Origin: an uncultured Candidatus Woesearchaeota archaeon
GTDB taxonomy: Archaea > Nanobdellota > Nanobdellia > Woesearchaeales > UBA525
Assembly: GCA_963724455.1 (NCBI GenBank)
Contig: CAVRUV010000022.1
Location: 2,821 to 66,820 of the forward strand
Direction: 5' to 3'
DNA: 64,000 nt
Of the stretch, positions 46,617 to 56,328 are shown piece after piece (the first letter of the stretch is position 1; each line of letters opens with the position of its first letter). The translations under genes were made by a program, and so were the position numbers. The notes below the pieces were generated by a model. It was not told where the DNA came from and did no database searches. It saw only the letters and a list, made by a program, of their open reading frames with translations.

Positions 46617-47327
46617 TTATTCTAGTTTGAAATATATTCTCTTTCTATCTTTTCCTTTATTTTCTGTTCCTTCAAAGACGATCTTTCCTATTTCTTGTGT
46701 ATTATTCACATGCGTGCCGCCACAGGGGCAGTGGTCGCACCCAGGCACTTCTACCATGTGCACATCAGTGATTGTATCAGGAAATCCCATTGCAAGCTTG
46801 ATTAATTCAGGTTGTTTTAGTAATTCTTCTCTTGTGGTGGCGTATTTATGAACATCGATATTTTGAGAAATTACAGAGTTTGCCTCATCGATGTATTTTT
46901 TAATTTTTTCTTGATCAATACCTTCGAGGTTAAGGTCTATTCTTGTTTTATCCGCTCCTATTTGGTTGCCAGTTATTTGTGTATGCTCTTTTTTTTCTAT
47001 TATTGCGCATAAGATGTGTGTTGCTGTGTGCATGCGCATAAGCTGTATTCTTCGATTCTTATCGATTATACAATGCACTTGGTCGCCATCATGAAGGCCG
47101 TGCCTATCAATTGTGTGTACTGTGAAATTACCGTTTTTTTTAACATCAATTACTTTGTACTCTTCGTCATTTTTGATTATCTTTCCAGTGTCTGTTGGTT
47201 GTCCGCCTGAAGTTGCGTAAAAGTACGTGCGGTCGAGCTCGATCGTGCCATCTTCATTGACATGGCTTACTTTTGCATCGAACTCGTAAGTATAGGGGTT
47301 CAATGTGGATAAAGGAATTCCTACCAT
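46617..47327 (-). CDS. alaX: Alanyl-tRNA editing protein AlaX
   Basis: MRMHTATHIL (HxxxH) and CPCGGTHV (CxxxH) zinc motifs of the AlaRS editing domain. Confidence 0.85.
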   Translation of the reverse strand: MVGIPLSTLNPYTYEFDAKVSHVNEDGTIELDRTYFYATSGGQPTDTGKIIKNDEEYKVIDVKKNGNFTVHTIDRHGLHDGDQVHCIIDKNRRIQLMRMHTATHILCAIIEKKEHTQITGNQIGADKTRIDLNLEGIDQEKIKKYIDEANSVISQNIDVHKYATTREELLKQPELIKLAMGFPDTITDVHMVEVPGCDHCPCGGTHVNNTQEIGKIVFEGTENKGKDRKRIYFKLE

Positions 47328-47457
47328 GAGAAGTTGTTTTTAGCAGGTGTTTTTATTAGTTGCTATAATTCGTTTATAGAATGTGTTGTTTATAGGCGGC
47401 AATACTTATAGAATGTACTCGCTAGCTTGCAATTATGGTCCATACTTGGTCCATACT

Positions 47458-48471
47458 CTATGCTGCTTTTTCTAGTGCTAAAATAAAGTCTTTTGCACTC
47501 GGGGCATCTCCTCTTTCATAGATGAGAACTTCACGCATGATATCGCGCAGTGGCGTAGGAATGGTTGATAATCGTTTATCTGGGAAGAGCTGTTCTTGGC
47601 TCATTGCTTGCCTTCGCAGTTCATGAGGGTTTATTGCAGCAACATCTCGAAGAGGTGCATTATTATAGATATGATCAAGCAGTAAAGCAAAGGATTCCAG
47701 GTCGCTTACTTGACGGTATGGGGCATCTATTAGTTGTTCTCTACTCGCGTATGCTACGCTGCCAAGTTGTGAGAATGGACTATCAAATAATGCGTCCTCT
47801 GTTGCCATAAGGTCATAATCACATACTCTTGTGGTTATGTTTTGATGTGAATTTGTTGGATCGCTTACTAAGATATTATTTGGATTGATGTCTACGTAGC
47901 ATAATCCTTTTTCATGGATCTTATGAAGCATGTTTGCATAAGTCAATAATGCTAATTGTTTTTGTTTACTGGAGAGTTTGTTTTGATGCAAAGCAGTACC
48001 TAAGGTTATTCCTTCAAAGTAATCCATCAAATACCACGATCCGTGTTCAGGAATGACTTCTAGCTGGGTAAATGGGTCTCTGCTGACTATTTGCTTATTA
48101 TTGAATATGTTCTGTTTAATGTATGCTAGCATCTGTTCTTGTGTTATGCCTTGTTTTTGGGGCATTGTTGTTCTGAATACTTTTAGAGCGTATTTCTTGC
48201 CAGCAGGATTAGTGACTAAGAAAATATTGGCGAAATTTCCACTGCCTATTTTGGTTGTTGTTATTGTTAAATCCTCTAAAGAGATTCTTGCAAATTGTGT
48301 TGGTTGTTTAGAAAATGTAGAAGTATGTTCTAAATATGATTCATCTTGCGAGCCACTTTGCATTATAACTGAACTTTTTTCAAAGTGTTGCTGTGTTCTT
48401 TGTCCTATTCTTGAAATTGTGTCTAGTGGCTCTGTGCCAGATAATTCATCAAACATTCTCTCCGGGTGCAC
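47458..48471 (-). CDS. Hanks-type Ser/Thr protein kinase-like protein
   Basis: GSGNFANIF...YALKVF (G-loop and Lys), YVDINPNNILV (catalytic loop), CDYD (DFG-like), AYASREQ (APE-like). Confidence 0.6.
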   Translation of the reverse strand: MHPERMFDELSGTEPLDTISRIGQRTQQHFEKSSVIMQSGSQDESYLEHTSTFSKQPTQFARISLEDLTITTTKIGSGNFANIFLVTNPAGKKYALKVFRTTMPQKQGITQEQMLAYIKQNIFNNKQIVSRDPFTQLEVIPEHGSWYLMDYFEGITLGTALHQNKLSSKQKQLALLTYANMLHKIHEKGLCYVDINPNNILVSDPTNSHQNITTRVCDYDLMATEDALFDSPFSQLGSVAYASREQLIDAPYRQVSDLESFALLLDHIYNNAPLRDVAAINPHELRRQAMSQEQLFPDKRLSTIPTPLRDIMREVLIYERGDAPSAKDFILALEKAA

Positions 48472-48562
48472 AATTTACATTTAAATTTAACGGTAATTTA
48501 GCCCTAGAATCATTAAAATAAGTAAAAAAATGATATAAAATGAGAATAAAGAAGATTGGTGC

Positions 48563-49045
48563 TTAAAAATCGTCATCATCGTCTGGATCAACAACTTCTT
48601 TTTTTGCAGCTTTTCCTTTTGCAGGCTTTCCTTCCATTCTTGCAACAAAGTCTGCTGGTGTTCCGAGTTTTTTTACTACACCAAGCTTTTCTTTACAGCC
48701 ATTGCATTGGAAGACTATTGCTTTTTTACCATACCAAGTCTTTCTAGCAAACGGTGCAGTCACTTCATCTTTATGCTTGCAGAATGGGCACTCATATACT
48801 ATCATTGCATTGAGCTTTGCTTCATGTTCAGCTTTAGGTTCTGTATATCTGCAGCCAGGACAAATGTATTCGGTTGCTCTTACCTTGATTTTTCCTTTCT
48901 CTACTGGCTTTCCCATGAGTGCTTTTTTGCATTTTGGGCATTGCAATTTATTCACCCAAGTTATAACCGGACCTTTGTCCATGTAGAGTTTTCTTCTGCT
49001 AAAATAGATTATTTCATCCATGCTATCGGGAATTTCGTATGCCAT
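48563..49045 (-). CDS. Hypothetical double zinc-ribbon protein with acidic tail
   Basis: CPKC...CPGC and CPFC...CNGC pairs; ends DPDDDDDF. Confidence 0.5.
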   Translation of the reverse strand: MAYEIPDSMDEIIYFSRRKLYMDKGPVITWVNKLQCPKCKKALMGKPVEKGKIKVRATEYICPGCRYTEPKAEHEAKLNAMIVYECPFCKHKDEVTAPFARKTWYGKKAIVFQCNGCKEKLGVVKKLGTPADFVARMEGKPAKGKAAKKEVVDPDDDDDF

Positions 49046-49269
49046 GTTTTCACCTGTGAGACTTTTAAATATAGTTTTATGTATTATTTTATTATGTATA
49101 TTTGTATAATTGTGTTGTATGTATTATTGTCCATTTGTGCATGATATTTAATGATTACGGCAAAGCTTTATTTGCTTTAAAATAAAAGGTGGGGAAGATA
49201 AAGTAAGATAGCTGAATGCAGATATGAGAAAATAACGAACTGTGTGAGTTACAGGTAACTCACAGGCGG

Positions 49270-49908
49270 GTGTTTATGGGGTCGATGATTCAATATTTTG
49301 AACTTCGTAGTAGAAAAATTGCGTATATTCTTGATATACCTCGCAAATTTAGTACAGGCATTCTTTTTATTCCAGGCGTTAGCGGTGGTGCAACTAGCAA
49401 TAAATTCAAATGGATTGCCGATATGTGCCTTGCGAATAATATGTGCTGCTTACGAGCGGATTTATGGGACGAGAACACTATTGGAGAAGAATCCATTGAC
49501 CAATTGCTAGAAGATGAAGAATTGCTAGTAGATATTTTGCAATCCGTTGGTTGCAAACGCGTTTTTATTGTATGCAAGAGTTTTGGATCAGTTCTTGGAT
49601 TGTTATTGAAAGCAGATGCGTATGTGGCGCTTTCTCCTGCATTAAGTCTTGGAAATTCCTCTCATCAAATGAAATTAAAGGAGTTTGCATCAGCTTTAGA
49701 TATTGGCATTACTCCTATAATTGGTAAAAAACCATTGCTTATCTTGCAAGGCAGTGATGATGAAAACGTGAGCGTTGCACATGCAGTGCATGTTGCTGAA
49801 AACCTGCCGGAAGCAAGCCTTCTTATCATCGAAGGAGCAGGGCACTCGTTCAAAGGCTATGAGGATATTGTAGAACAAGAAATATTCTCGTTTTTACGTT
49901 CTGTCTGA
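49270..49908 (+). CDS. Alpha/beta hydrolase
   Basis: Nucleophile-elbow-like CKSFGS, later QGSDDENV and GAGHSF. GTG start. Confidence 0.55.
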   Translation: MFMGSMIQYFELRSRKIAYILDIPRKFSTGILFIPGVSGGATSNKFKWIADMCLANNMCCLRADLWDENTIGEESIDQLLEDEELLVDILQSVGCKRVFIVCKSFGSVLGLLLKADAYVALSPALSLGNSSHQMKLKEFASALDIGITPIIGKKPLLILQGSDDENVSVAHAVHVAENLPEASLLIIEGAGHSFKGYEDIVEQEIFSFLRSV

Positions 49909-49926
49909 AGAGTTTGAGACCCTAAA

Positions 49927-49938
49927 CCTTTATAAATT
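49927..49938 (+). promoter_or_regulatory. Putative BRE/TATA (CCTTTATAAATT) upstream of tRNA-Thr
   Basis: TATA centre about 30 nt before the mature tRNA 5' end. Confidence 0.55.
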
Positions 49939-49964
49939 CAAGGCGGTTTTCATGGATATACGCC

Positions 49965-50036
49965 GCCTCCTTGGCTCAGTGGTAGAGCGCACCCTTGGTA
50001 AGGGTGAGGTCTCGAGTTCAATTCTCGAAGGGGGCA
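49965..50036 (+). tRNA. tRNA-Thr(GGU)
   Basis: Acceptor GCCTCCT/AGGGGGC (one G-U), D-arm GCTC-AGTGGTA-GAGC, anticodon arm CACCC-TTGGTAA-GGGTG, T-arm TCGAG-TTCAATT-CTCGA. Confidence 0.85.
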
Positions 50037-50039
50037 TAT

Positions 50040-50774
50040 TTAGATTTCTATTGTGGCTATTATTGCTGTATGATCAGATACTACTTTTTTTGAATAAGTG
50101 ACTTTTTTGAAATTGTATTGTTTCGGAATTAGTATGTAGTCTAATGTTACATTTCCTCTTTTGTATGAGATATATCTTTTGAAATCATAGGAGTTCTTAT
50201 GATTTTTATTTATGATCTCGTTAATATCTTTAGGAAGATCTTCTTTTGCAGGTATTTGTATATTGAAGTCTCCTGCTAGAATTACTGGTTGTTTGTTTAT
50301 TAGTGTTGCAGTTTCTTGAAGGTGCAATCTTGACCAATCGTCTCTATTTGAGAAGTGAATATTCCAAATTGGTATTTTTTTATTACCTATTTTAATTGTT
50401 AGTTGTTGTATTACTCTTTTATGCCTATCCTCGTGTTGTTGTACAAGATATTTTATGTTTTGTTTGGTTATAGGATGTTTGCTTAAGCATAATAGTCCTT
50501 CGTACACTTCTTCAGTAAGTGGTATTTTATGCTCGCTAAGTAATTTTTTTACAGGAAAGTATTTTGCGTAGGAATATTTTGTTTTTGTCTTTAGAAGTTT
50601 GCCTTGATCTTGACCTTTCTTATTATAACGCCTATCATCTCGTACTTCTTGCATGACGATTATATCAGGTTTTTCTTTAGAAATTATTTCTAGTATATTG
50701 CTTAATCGCAATTCCCAATTTCCATTATAGCCCCATAGATTTAAGGTCATTATTTTTAGTTGCATATTGTTCAC
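50040..50774 (-). CDS. Endonuclease/exonuclease/phosphatase (EEP) family protein
   Basis: LKIMTLNLWG...KPDIIVMQEV...GDFN...SDH. Confidence 0.75.
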   Translation of the reverse strand: MNNMQLKIMTLNLWGYNGNWELRLSNILEIISKEKPDIIVMQEVRDDRRYNKKGQDQGKLLKTKTKYSYAKYFPVKKLLSEHKIPLTEEVYEGLLCLSKHPITKQNIKYLVQQHEDRHKRVIQQLTIKIGNKKIPIWNIHFSNRDDWSRLHLQETATLINKQPVILAGDFNIQIPAKEDLPKDINEIINKNHKNSYDFKRYISYKRGNVTLDYILIPKQYNFKKVTYSKKVVSDHTAIIATIEI

Positions 50775-51227
50775 TCATGGGCTTTCATGTCTAACTGTTG
50801 TCCAGAATTCTTGTTCGGTGAGAACGCCTCTTGTTAATGCGCGAATAGCGGGGCATGTTGCTGTTTGTTTATTCATAGCTTCGCCATCAAGAGTTGTAAT
50901 AATAGTTACTGTGTCGCAATGGTGTCCTGCGGAAATTCCATAAATCATTGCCCAATCGTAAATCAGTGCATCATCAAATCTATCAACTGCTGATTCTGCT
51001 TTGTATTGGATGATATATCCGTGTCGTGTAGCGTCGATGTAATCTATTTTTACGCCTTCAACAGTTAGCATCTTTGCTATGTCTTGTGCTTCAGCAGGTG
51101 TTGATACTTCGTATGGCGCTGTTGCATACCAATACCATATTCCAATTAATATTAGCACTAATACTACTGTTGATATAATTATGATCTTGCTTTTGTGCTT
51201 GTGTTTATGTTCGCTCATGTTTTTCAC
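50775..51227 (-). CDS. Hypothetical membrane-anchored protein
   Basis: HKHKHK N-terminus, a single TM, then a ~100-aa extracytoplasmic domain. Confidence 0.5.
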   Translation of the reverse strand: MKNMSEHKHKHKSKIIIISTVVLVLILIGIWYWYATAPYEVSTPAEAQDIAKMLTVEGVKIDYIDATRHGYIIQYKAESAVDRFDDALIYDWAMIYGISAGHHCDTVTIITTLDGEAMNKQTATCPAIRALTRGVLTEQEFWTTVRHESP

Positions 51228-51309
51228 GTGATTTTGTTTGTTAAGTTTTCCCAGCTTTGTAATTTGTCTTGTTTGATGCTTGAGTTCATGATTTAATTCT
51301 TTTAGTTTT

Positions 51310-51401
51310 TGTCGCAGAGGTTTTCTGCTCCCTCATCGCAGGTTTTACGAAAACCATCCTGCATGAATCGGATGGTTTTCTGGTGTTACTCTAAGGCGAC
51401 A
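51310..51401 (+). repeat. Structured intergenic element, short form (copy E3, 92 nt)
   Basis: TGTCGC-AGAG...CTCCCTCATCGCAGGTTTTAC, hairpin GAAAACCATCC/GGATGGTTTTC (11 bp) with loop TGCATGAATC, then TGGTGTTA-CTCT-AAG-GCGACA. Lies between two minus-strand genes. Confidence 0.8.
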
Positions 51402-51416
51402 CTTTTTACTTCTAAA

Positions 51417-53087
51417 CTAATATCCGCTGATACCATCAGTATCGCAGTTTGCAGGGTCATCAAAGCAGTTGCCCATCTTAACTGATCGTTCTGCTTTTTC
51501 TGTTCCTACTTTTATTACAACTCCGAATGTCTCTTTAGTGACTGTACTTGCAGTATCTCCAAAGACTGGAATGTATGATGTTGCTTTTTCTAAGCCTTTA
51601 CCTAGCAATACTCCGCCCTTTAGTACGCGTGCTCTGCCAGGATCGATAGCTCCCGATGTTACTTTTTCGTTAATTTTGTTAATCTTATCAGTTGTTTCTT
51701 TTACTGCGGTATAAGTCTCTTTTGCCTTATCGTAGTAGCCTTTTGCTTTTTCAATTGTATTACCAATTTTTTCAAGCTTCTCATTTACCTTTTCCATCTT
51801 CTCATTTACTTTTTCATAAGCTTCTTGTGCTTTCTCAAGTTTATCTTTGACTGATGGAGGTGCGTTTTTATCAATCCAACCAGTTCCCATTTTTTTAAGT
51901 TTTTCTTTAGCTGCTTCAGTTGCAGCTTCGGTTGCTGAATCGATCTTATCACCGACAGCCTTTGCTGCTTTATCATAAGTATTCTTCTTTAGTGTATTTG
52001 CTATATCATCAAGACGACCATTTTCTTCATGCTTGCTTTTGATATCTTCAAGTAATTTCTTTTGATCTTCTTTATTCATATCTTGTCTTTTTTGTTTTTC
52101 TTTTATGAATTCTTTTGTGATGGCATCGCGCATGTCTTTATCTTCAACGCCATCTAGAGTAGATGATAATCTGGATTTTTTCTCTTCATCAGCAGTTGGA
52201 TTCTTTGTCTTATCAACGCCAGTAAAGACCTCTTTTACCTTATTTGCTGCAGCTTGTGCTTTGTCAGCTGCTGATTGTAATTTATCACCTGCAGCTGCTG
52301 CAGTCTCATCAATAGTCTTTGTTGTGCCAGAAACTTTATCGATTAATTTTTCCCACCAAGGTCTAGTATCTTCTTTTTTATCTTTAGTATCTTTATCAGT
52401 TGGAACTACAGGAATGTCTTTGGTATCTTTAGTTGTAGGAGTTGTTTCTTTTGTAGTTGTCGGCTTTGTGGTAGTTGGTTCTTTTGTAGTTGGCTCTTTA
52501 GTAGTTGGAACTATAGGTTCTTTAGTTGTAGGTTCTTTGGTTGTTGGAGTGGTTGGTTTTGCAGTATCTTTTGTTGTTGGAGTTGTAGGTTCAACTGCTG
52601 CTTTCATGCAACTTCCGCCACCAAGCCCGCCAGCAACCCAACTAAATCCAGTTCCACAATCAGCGGGCTTTCCCTCGCTTGATCTTCCTCTAGCAACTCC
52701 TGTTCTGCAATCAGTTTGTGCTGAGCCACTAAGTCCGTCGCAATCATTTGCACTTCCGCCTTTTGCGCCCACATTCTGGTAGCATTCATCTTGAGTATAA
52801 CTATTCATTCCACCAACGATTTTATCGCAAGGTTTTGGATCGTTTGTCTTATCAGCTACTTGCAAATAGCATTTATCTTTTGGAGGATTTTGTCCAACAA
52901 AACCAGTTCCTGGAATCTTATCGCAACCATCAGTTTCTCCTAATACTTCAGAGAGTTTTTGATAACAGTGATCGGTTCCTCTATTAGTTATTAGATTGCC
53001 TCCTTCGCAAATTGAGCAGCCCGATAGGCATCCTGTCATAAGAAAACTGACTGATATGAGAAAAATAATGAATTTAATGCTTACCAT
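51417..53087 (-). CDS. Secreted/lipoprotein-like surface protein: Cys-rich head, TKEPTT-repeat linker, long coiled-coil tail
   Basis: Signal with LMTGC, repeated D.CY(Q/L) Cys motifs, (P)TTKEPTTKEP repeats and a K/E/A-rich helical C-terminal half. Confidence 0.65.
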   Translation of the reverse strand: MVSIKFIIFLISVSFLMTGCLSGCSICEGGNLITNRGTDHCYQKLSEVLGETDGCDKIPGTGFVGQNPPKDKCYLQVADKTNDPKPCDKIVGGMNSYTQDECYQNVGAKGGSANDCDGLSGSAQTDCRTGVARGRSSEGKPADCGTGFSWVAGGLGGGSCMKAAVEPTTPTTKDTAKPTTPTTKEPTTKEPIVPTTKEPTTKEPTTTKPTTTKETTPTTKDTKDIPVVPTDKDTKDKKEDTRPWWEKLIDKVSGTTKTIDETAAAAGDKLQSAADKAQAAANKVKEVFTGVDKTKNPTADEEKKSRLSSTLDGVEDKDMRDAITKEFIKEKQKRQDMNKEDQKKLLEDIKSKHEENGRLDDIANTLKKNTYDKAAKAVGDKIDSATEAATEAAKEKLKKMGTGWIDKNAPPSVKDKLEKAQEAYEKVNEKMEKVNEKLEKIGNTIEKAKGYYDKAKETYTAVKETTDKINKINEKVTSGAIDPGRARVLKGGVLLGKGLEKATSYIPVFGDTASTVTKETFGVVIKVGTEKAERSVKMGNCFDDPANCDTDGISGY

Positions 53088-53289
53088 TTATTATGTCCCC
53101 ATCACCTATTATGATATCTTGGAGATATGTTATTAATAAACGTTTTGATAAAAATGTGAAAAACTAATTAAAATAAGTTTGATAAGAATAAATGTACTAA
53201 AACTAAAAATGGTTAAAATAAAATATGTTAAAAAACATAAAAAAATATAACCTAATAAAAAATAAAAGAAGTTAAAAAATTAAAAAATT

Positions 53290-54546
53290 TTATTTCTTGT
53301 TCTTTTCGCTTTTCTCTTTTGCAGCAGTTCCTTTTACACGTTTTACTAATCGTATAACGATGATTGCTACTACGATGAGCCATAAGAACCAATAGTCCAA
53401 AAAGACTGCTCGCAAGATGCTTTTATGTTCAATAGTGAGTGATATCTTTGTAGTATCTTGCAATTTTTTGCCTTGTGCATCCTCATAATCGACCAATAGG
53501 TCTAATCCATAAGTTCCCGCGGTGCCATCTTTATCTATTGTTGTTGTGAATTCAATCGGTTTTGATTCTCCGGTTGCTAATGTCTCAACATATCGTACAC
53601 TGCCATCGGTTGAGAATGGGTATTGTGGCAGCATCTTTATGCGCATTTTGCGCGCAGTATCTGTGCCGGTGTTTGTGATCTTGAATCTGATTGTGCGCAT
53701 ATTTTCTGCTGCAAATAATGAGTCGCTACCAGCATCAATTGTTGTGAACTGTGCTTTCTTTGTTACATGTAATACTAGGGGAATTGTGCGCTTTTGAGCA
53801 TTCAGGTTCTCATCTAAGTATGTTGCAGTAAGCACAAGGTCGTAATCTTTTGCAGCAGCATCTTTTGGTACTTCCAAATTGAATTGTGCATTTTTGCTCT
53901 CTTTAGCGTTGAGTGTTCCAAGACTCGTGGAGGTACTTGCCCATTTTATCTCTATTGGTGAAGGTGCAGAAAGCGTAAGTGTTGTTGTTTGCGCAGCATA
54001 TGATCCAGTATTTTCAACTTGTAATGTTATGCTTGCGCTATTGCCTGCATATACATCAACTGGATTAGAACTGATGATGCGCGCAGTAAGTTCCGGGCTT
54101 CCACTAATTTGTAAATTAATGATGTTAGTATTTGAAAATTGTGTCAATAGTGTAGTTTGATAATTATTTGTGATAGTAATTGGATATGTTCCTCCGTTTG
54201 CATTGGAGTCTATGTGCATTGGTATGCGCACAATCTTTTCTTGACCATCGCACATTTGCTCAACTGGCACTGTGCTTACTCCTTTTAGTGTGAATGGAGC
54301 ATTTGCTTGCACATTTGTTGTGATGCCCATTGCACATGGGGCTGGTTGAACATTTTGTAGGTGCAACACCAGTGTGAAGTCTTTTCCTACTTGAGCTTGT
54401 CCTTCTAGTATTTCAAATTTTGAGATTATGAGGTTTGGGCTATCAACTGCGTGGGCAGTAGGTATTGCGGCAAGCAGAATAAATAGGATTGTACTTATGA
54501 TTGCTGCTATGTGCATGATGTTTGTGTTGTTTTGTTGGGATGTCAT
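53290..54546 (-). CDS. Secreted beta-rich protein with C-terminal TM anchor (COG1361/CARDB-like S-layer-domain type)
   Basis: Signal peptide, three repeated ~100-aa beta-sandwich-like segments (…ITLQVENTGSYAA…, …RFKITNTGTDTA…) and a terminal TM plus basic tail. Commonly found next to ABC-2 transporters. Confidence 0.5.
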   Translation of the reverse strand: MTSQQNNTNIMHIAAIISTILFILLAAIPTAHAVDSPNLIISKFEILEGQAQVGKDFTLVLHLQNVQPAPCAMGITTNVQANAPFTLKGVSTVPVEQMCDGQEKIVRIPMHIDSNANGGTYPITITNNYQTTLLTQFSNTNIINLQISGSPELTARIISSNPVDVYAGNSASITLQVENTGSYAAQTTTLTLSAPSPIEIKWASTSTSLGTLNAKESKNAQFNLEVPKDAAAKDYDLVLTATYLDENLNAQKRTIPLVLHVTKKAQFTTIDAGSDSLFAAENMRTIRFKITNTGTDTARKMRIKMLPQYPFSTDGSVRYVETLATGESKPIEFTTTIDKDGTAGTYGLDLLVDYEDAQGKKLQDTTKISLTIEHKSILRAVFLDYWFLWLIVVAIIVIRLVKRVKGTAAKEKSEKNKK

Positions 54547-54666
54547 GTGCGTTCCTCCAGGAGTGTATGTTTTTTAATTTTGTAATATTTTACGATTTAT
54601 TTTTTATTATTACTTTTTTTAATTACTTTTTATTATTACTTGTGTCTTTTTTCTTTACTTGTATTA

Positions 54667-56286
54667 TTACTCTATATCACGTTTGAATACTTTGAATAGT
54701 ATTAGTATTAATATTGCTAAAAATAGTAAAAGTATTGATACCGGGAACAAAATTTCTGTAATTGAGAATCCTTTAACCATTACACCACGCAGTGCATCTC
54801 CTGCGTATGTTGCGGGAATAAATGCTGCAATGCCTTGCAAGTATGATGGCATGGATTGTATTGGGAAGAACGCTCCTGCAAGGAACATCGTCGGCATACT
54901 AACAACCATTGCAAGTGCCATATATTGCGGTTCAGTTTTTACCATGCTAGATAGTATCATACCAACTGCAGTTGAGATGCAGATATAGATTATGAGGATG
55001 AGTCCGATGAGTGCAAGGCTACCTTCAATCTTTATATTGAATAAAAGTATTGCAACTGCAATAAGGAATGCGGCTCTACATAATTCAAATAATACATAGA
55101 AGATTAGTGTTCCTGATAGAATTGTTGTGTTTGAGGTTGGTGTCAAGAATACTCTGGTAAGAGATCCTTCACGCTTTTCACCTACAACTGATCTGCCCAT
55201 ATTCATTACTGCACCTTGGAAGATTGTGAGCGCAATAAGGCTAGGAATAAGGAAGTCGATTGCTTGACGACCAGTTCCGTATGCAGGTTTTTCTTCATAG
55301 GTAAGAGGTTTTAGTAAAACATCTGAACGTTTTTTTGTAAATGTATGAACTGTGTTGAGTGCATGAATAACTTTTTGTTCGTATGTTTGTTTACGTGCAT
55401 GTGCTAGTGTGCTTCCAGTTGTTGCAAGTTGTGTTGCAGCAGCAAGTTCTTTTGCGTTTGCATCAATATTTTTCTTAGCACTATCTAATGATGCAATTTG
55501 TGCATGCATGCCATCTGCACTTGCTGGTTCGCGTACATAAGTATTATCTGTAGATATTGTCTCATTATCTTTTATGATACTAGGAGTGGTTATACTAGGT
55601 GATGGAAGATTTGATGCTATTGCTTTGATGTTCTGCGCAATAATTCCTCGTGCATAAATATCATTAGTTTGTGCTGCGAGCAAGTGTTGTTTGATTATGT
55701 CATATTGAGAATTATCGCTTGTAATGTATGCATCAAGATCATTTGCAGCATCATCGACTGTGCGTTGATCGGCGGTTAATTGTTGCATTGCAAGATTGTG
55801 CGCAAAATTGTTGATGATTGTATTTAATGCTTGTTTTGATGTTGCCGCTATGGCAGAGTCAGATTCATCTACAATAACTACAATTCCTCGTTGTACTCCT
55901 GCATCGATATCATTTTGTAAGTTAGGCGGAATTTCTATTATGACTCGCACATCTCCTAAATCCAGGAGTCTTCGAGCTTCACCTTCTGTACTTACAACTC
56001 TTGTTATTGAGAATACTTGATTTGATTGTATTGCTTGTTGCAAATCTTGTGATATTTGAGAATTGTCTTGTACTACAATAGCAGTAGAGATGTGTTTTGG
56101 AGTATTACCCGAACTAGATCCTAAAACAAGCATCATGACTATTGGGAATATTAATAATGGAATAAGACGTACTTTATCACGAGTGAGTACGATGAAATTT
56201 TTACGAATGATTGCTTTAACTTTTTTAAGATCGAAGAGTTTTTCATGATATTCAGTATCGTTTGTTGTTTGTTTTTTCGATGCCAT
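54667..56286 (-). CDS. ABC-2 type transporter permease with a large extracytoplasmic loop
   Basis: N-terminal TM, a ~300-aa loop, then five C-terminal TM segments with ABC-2 membrane-domain character. Confidence 0.7.
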   Translation of the reverse strand: MASKKQTTNDTEYHEKLFDLKKVKAIIRKNFIVLTRDKVRLIPLLIFPIVMMLVLGSSSGNTPKHISTAIVVQDNSQISQDLQQAIQSNQVFSITRVVSTEGEARRLLDLGDVRVIIEIPPNLQNDIDAGVQRGIVVIVDESDSAIAATSKQALNTIINNFAHNLAMQQLTADQRTVDDAANDLDAYITSDNSQYDIIKQHLLAAQTNDIYARGIIAQNIKAIASNLPSPSITTPSIIKDNETISTDNTYVREPASADGMHAQIASLDSAKKNIDANAKELAAATQLATTGSTLAHARKQTYEQKVIHALNTVHTFTKKRSDVLLKPLTYEEKPAYGTGRQAIDFLIPSLIALTIFQGAVMNMGRSVVGEKREGSLTRVFLTPTSNTTILSGTLIFYVLFELCRAAFLIAVAILLFNIKIEGSLALIGLILIIYICISTAVGMILSSMVKTEPQYMALAMVVSMPTMFLAGAFFPIQSMPSYLQGIAAFIPATYAGDALRGVMVKGFSITEILFPVSILLLFLAILILILFKVFKRDIE

Positions 56287-56328
56287 AGTAATTATTTTTC
56301 TGTTTGTATTAGTTTGTAGTGTGTTTTT

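Noticed and set aside
52105-52782. 225-aa plus-strand ORF opposite the 51417..53087 surface protein; likewise 58879..59433, 58061..58471, 62068..62526, 15162..16675 and similar cases
   Set aside because: Repeat-rich Cys/Thr/Gly genes generate long open antisense frames with V/L/S-rich low-complexity translations. The sense frames carry signal peptides and coherent repeat modules.
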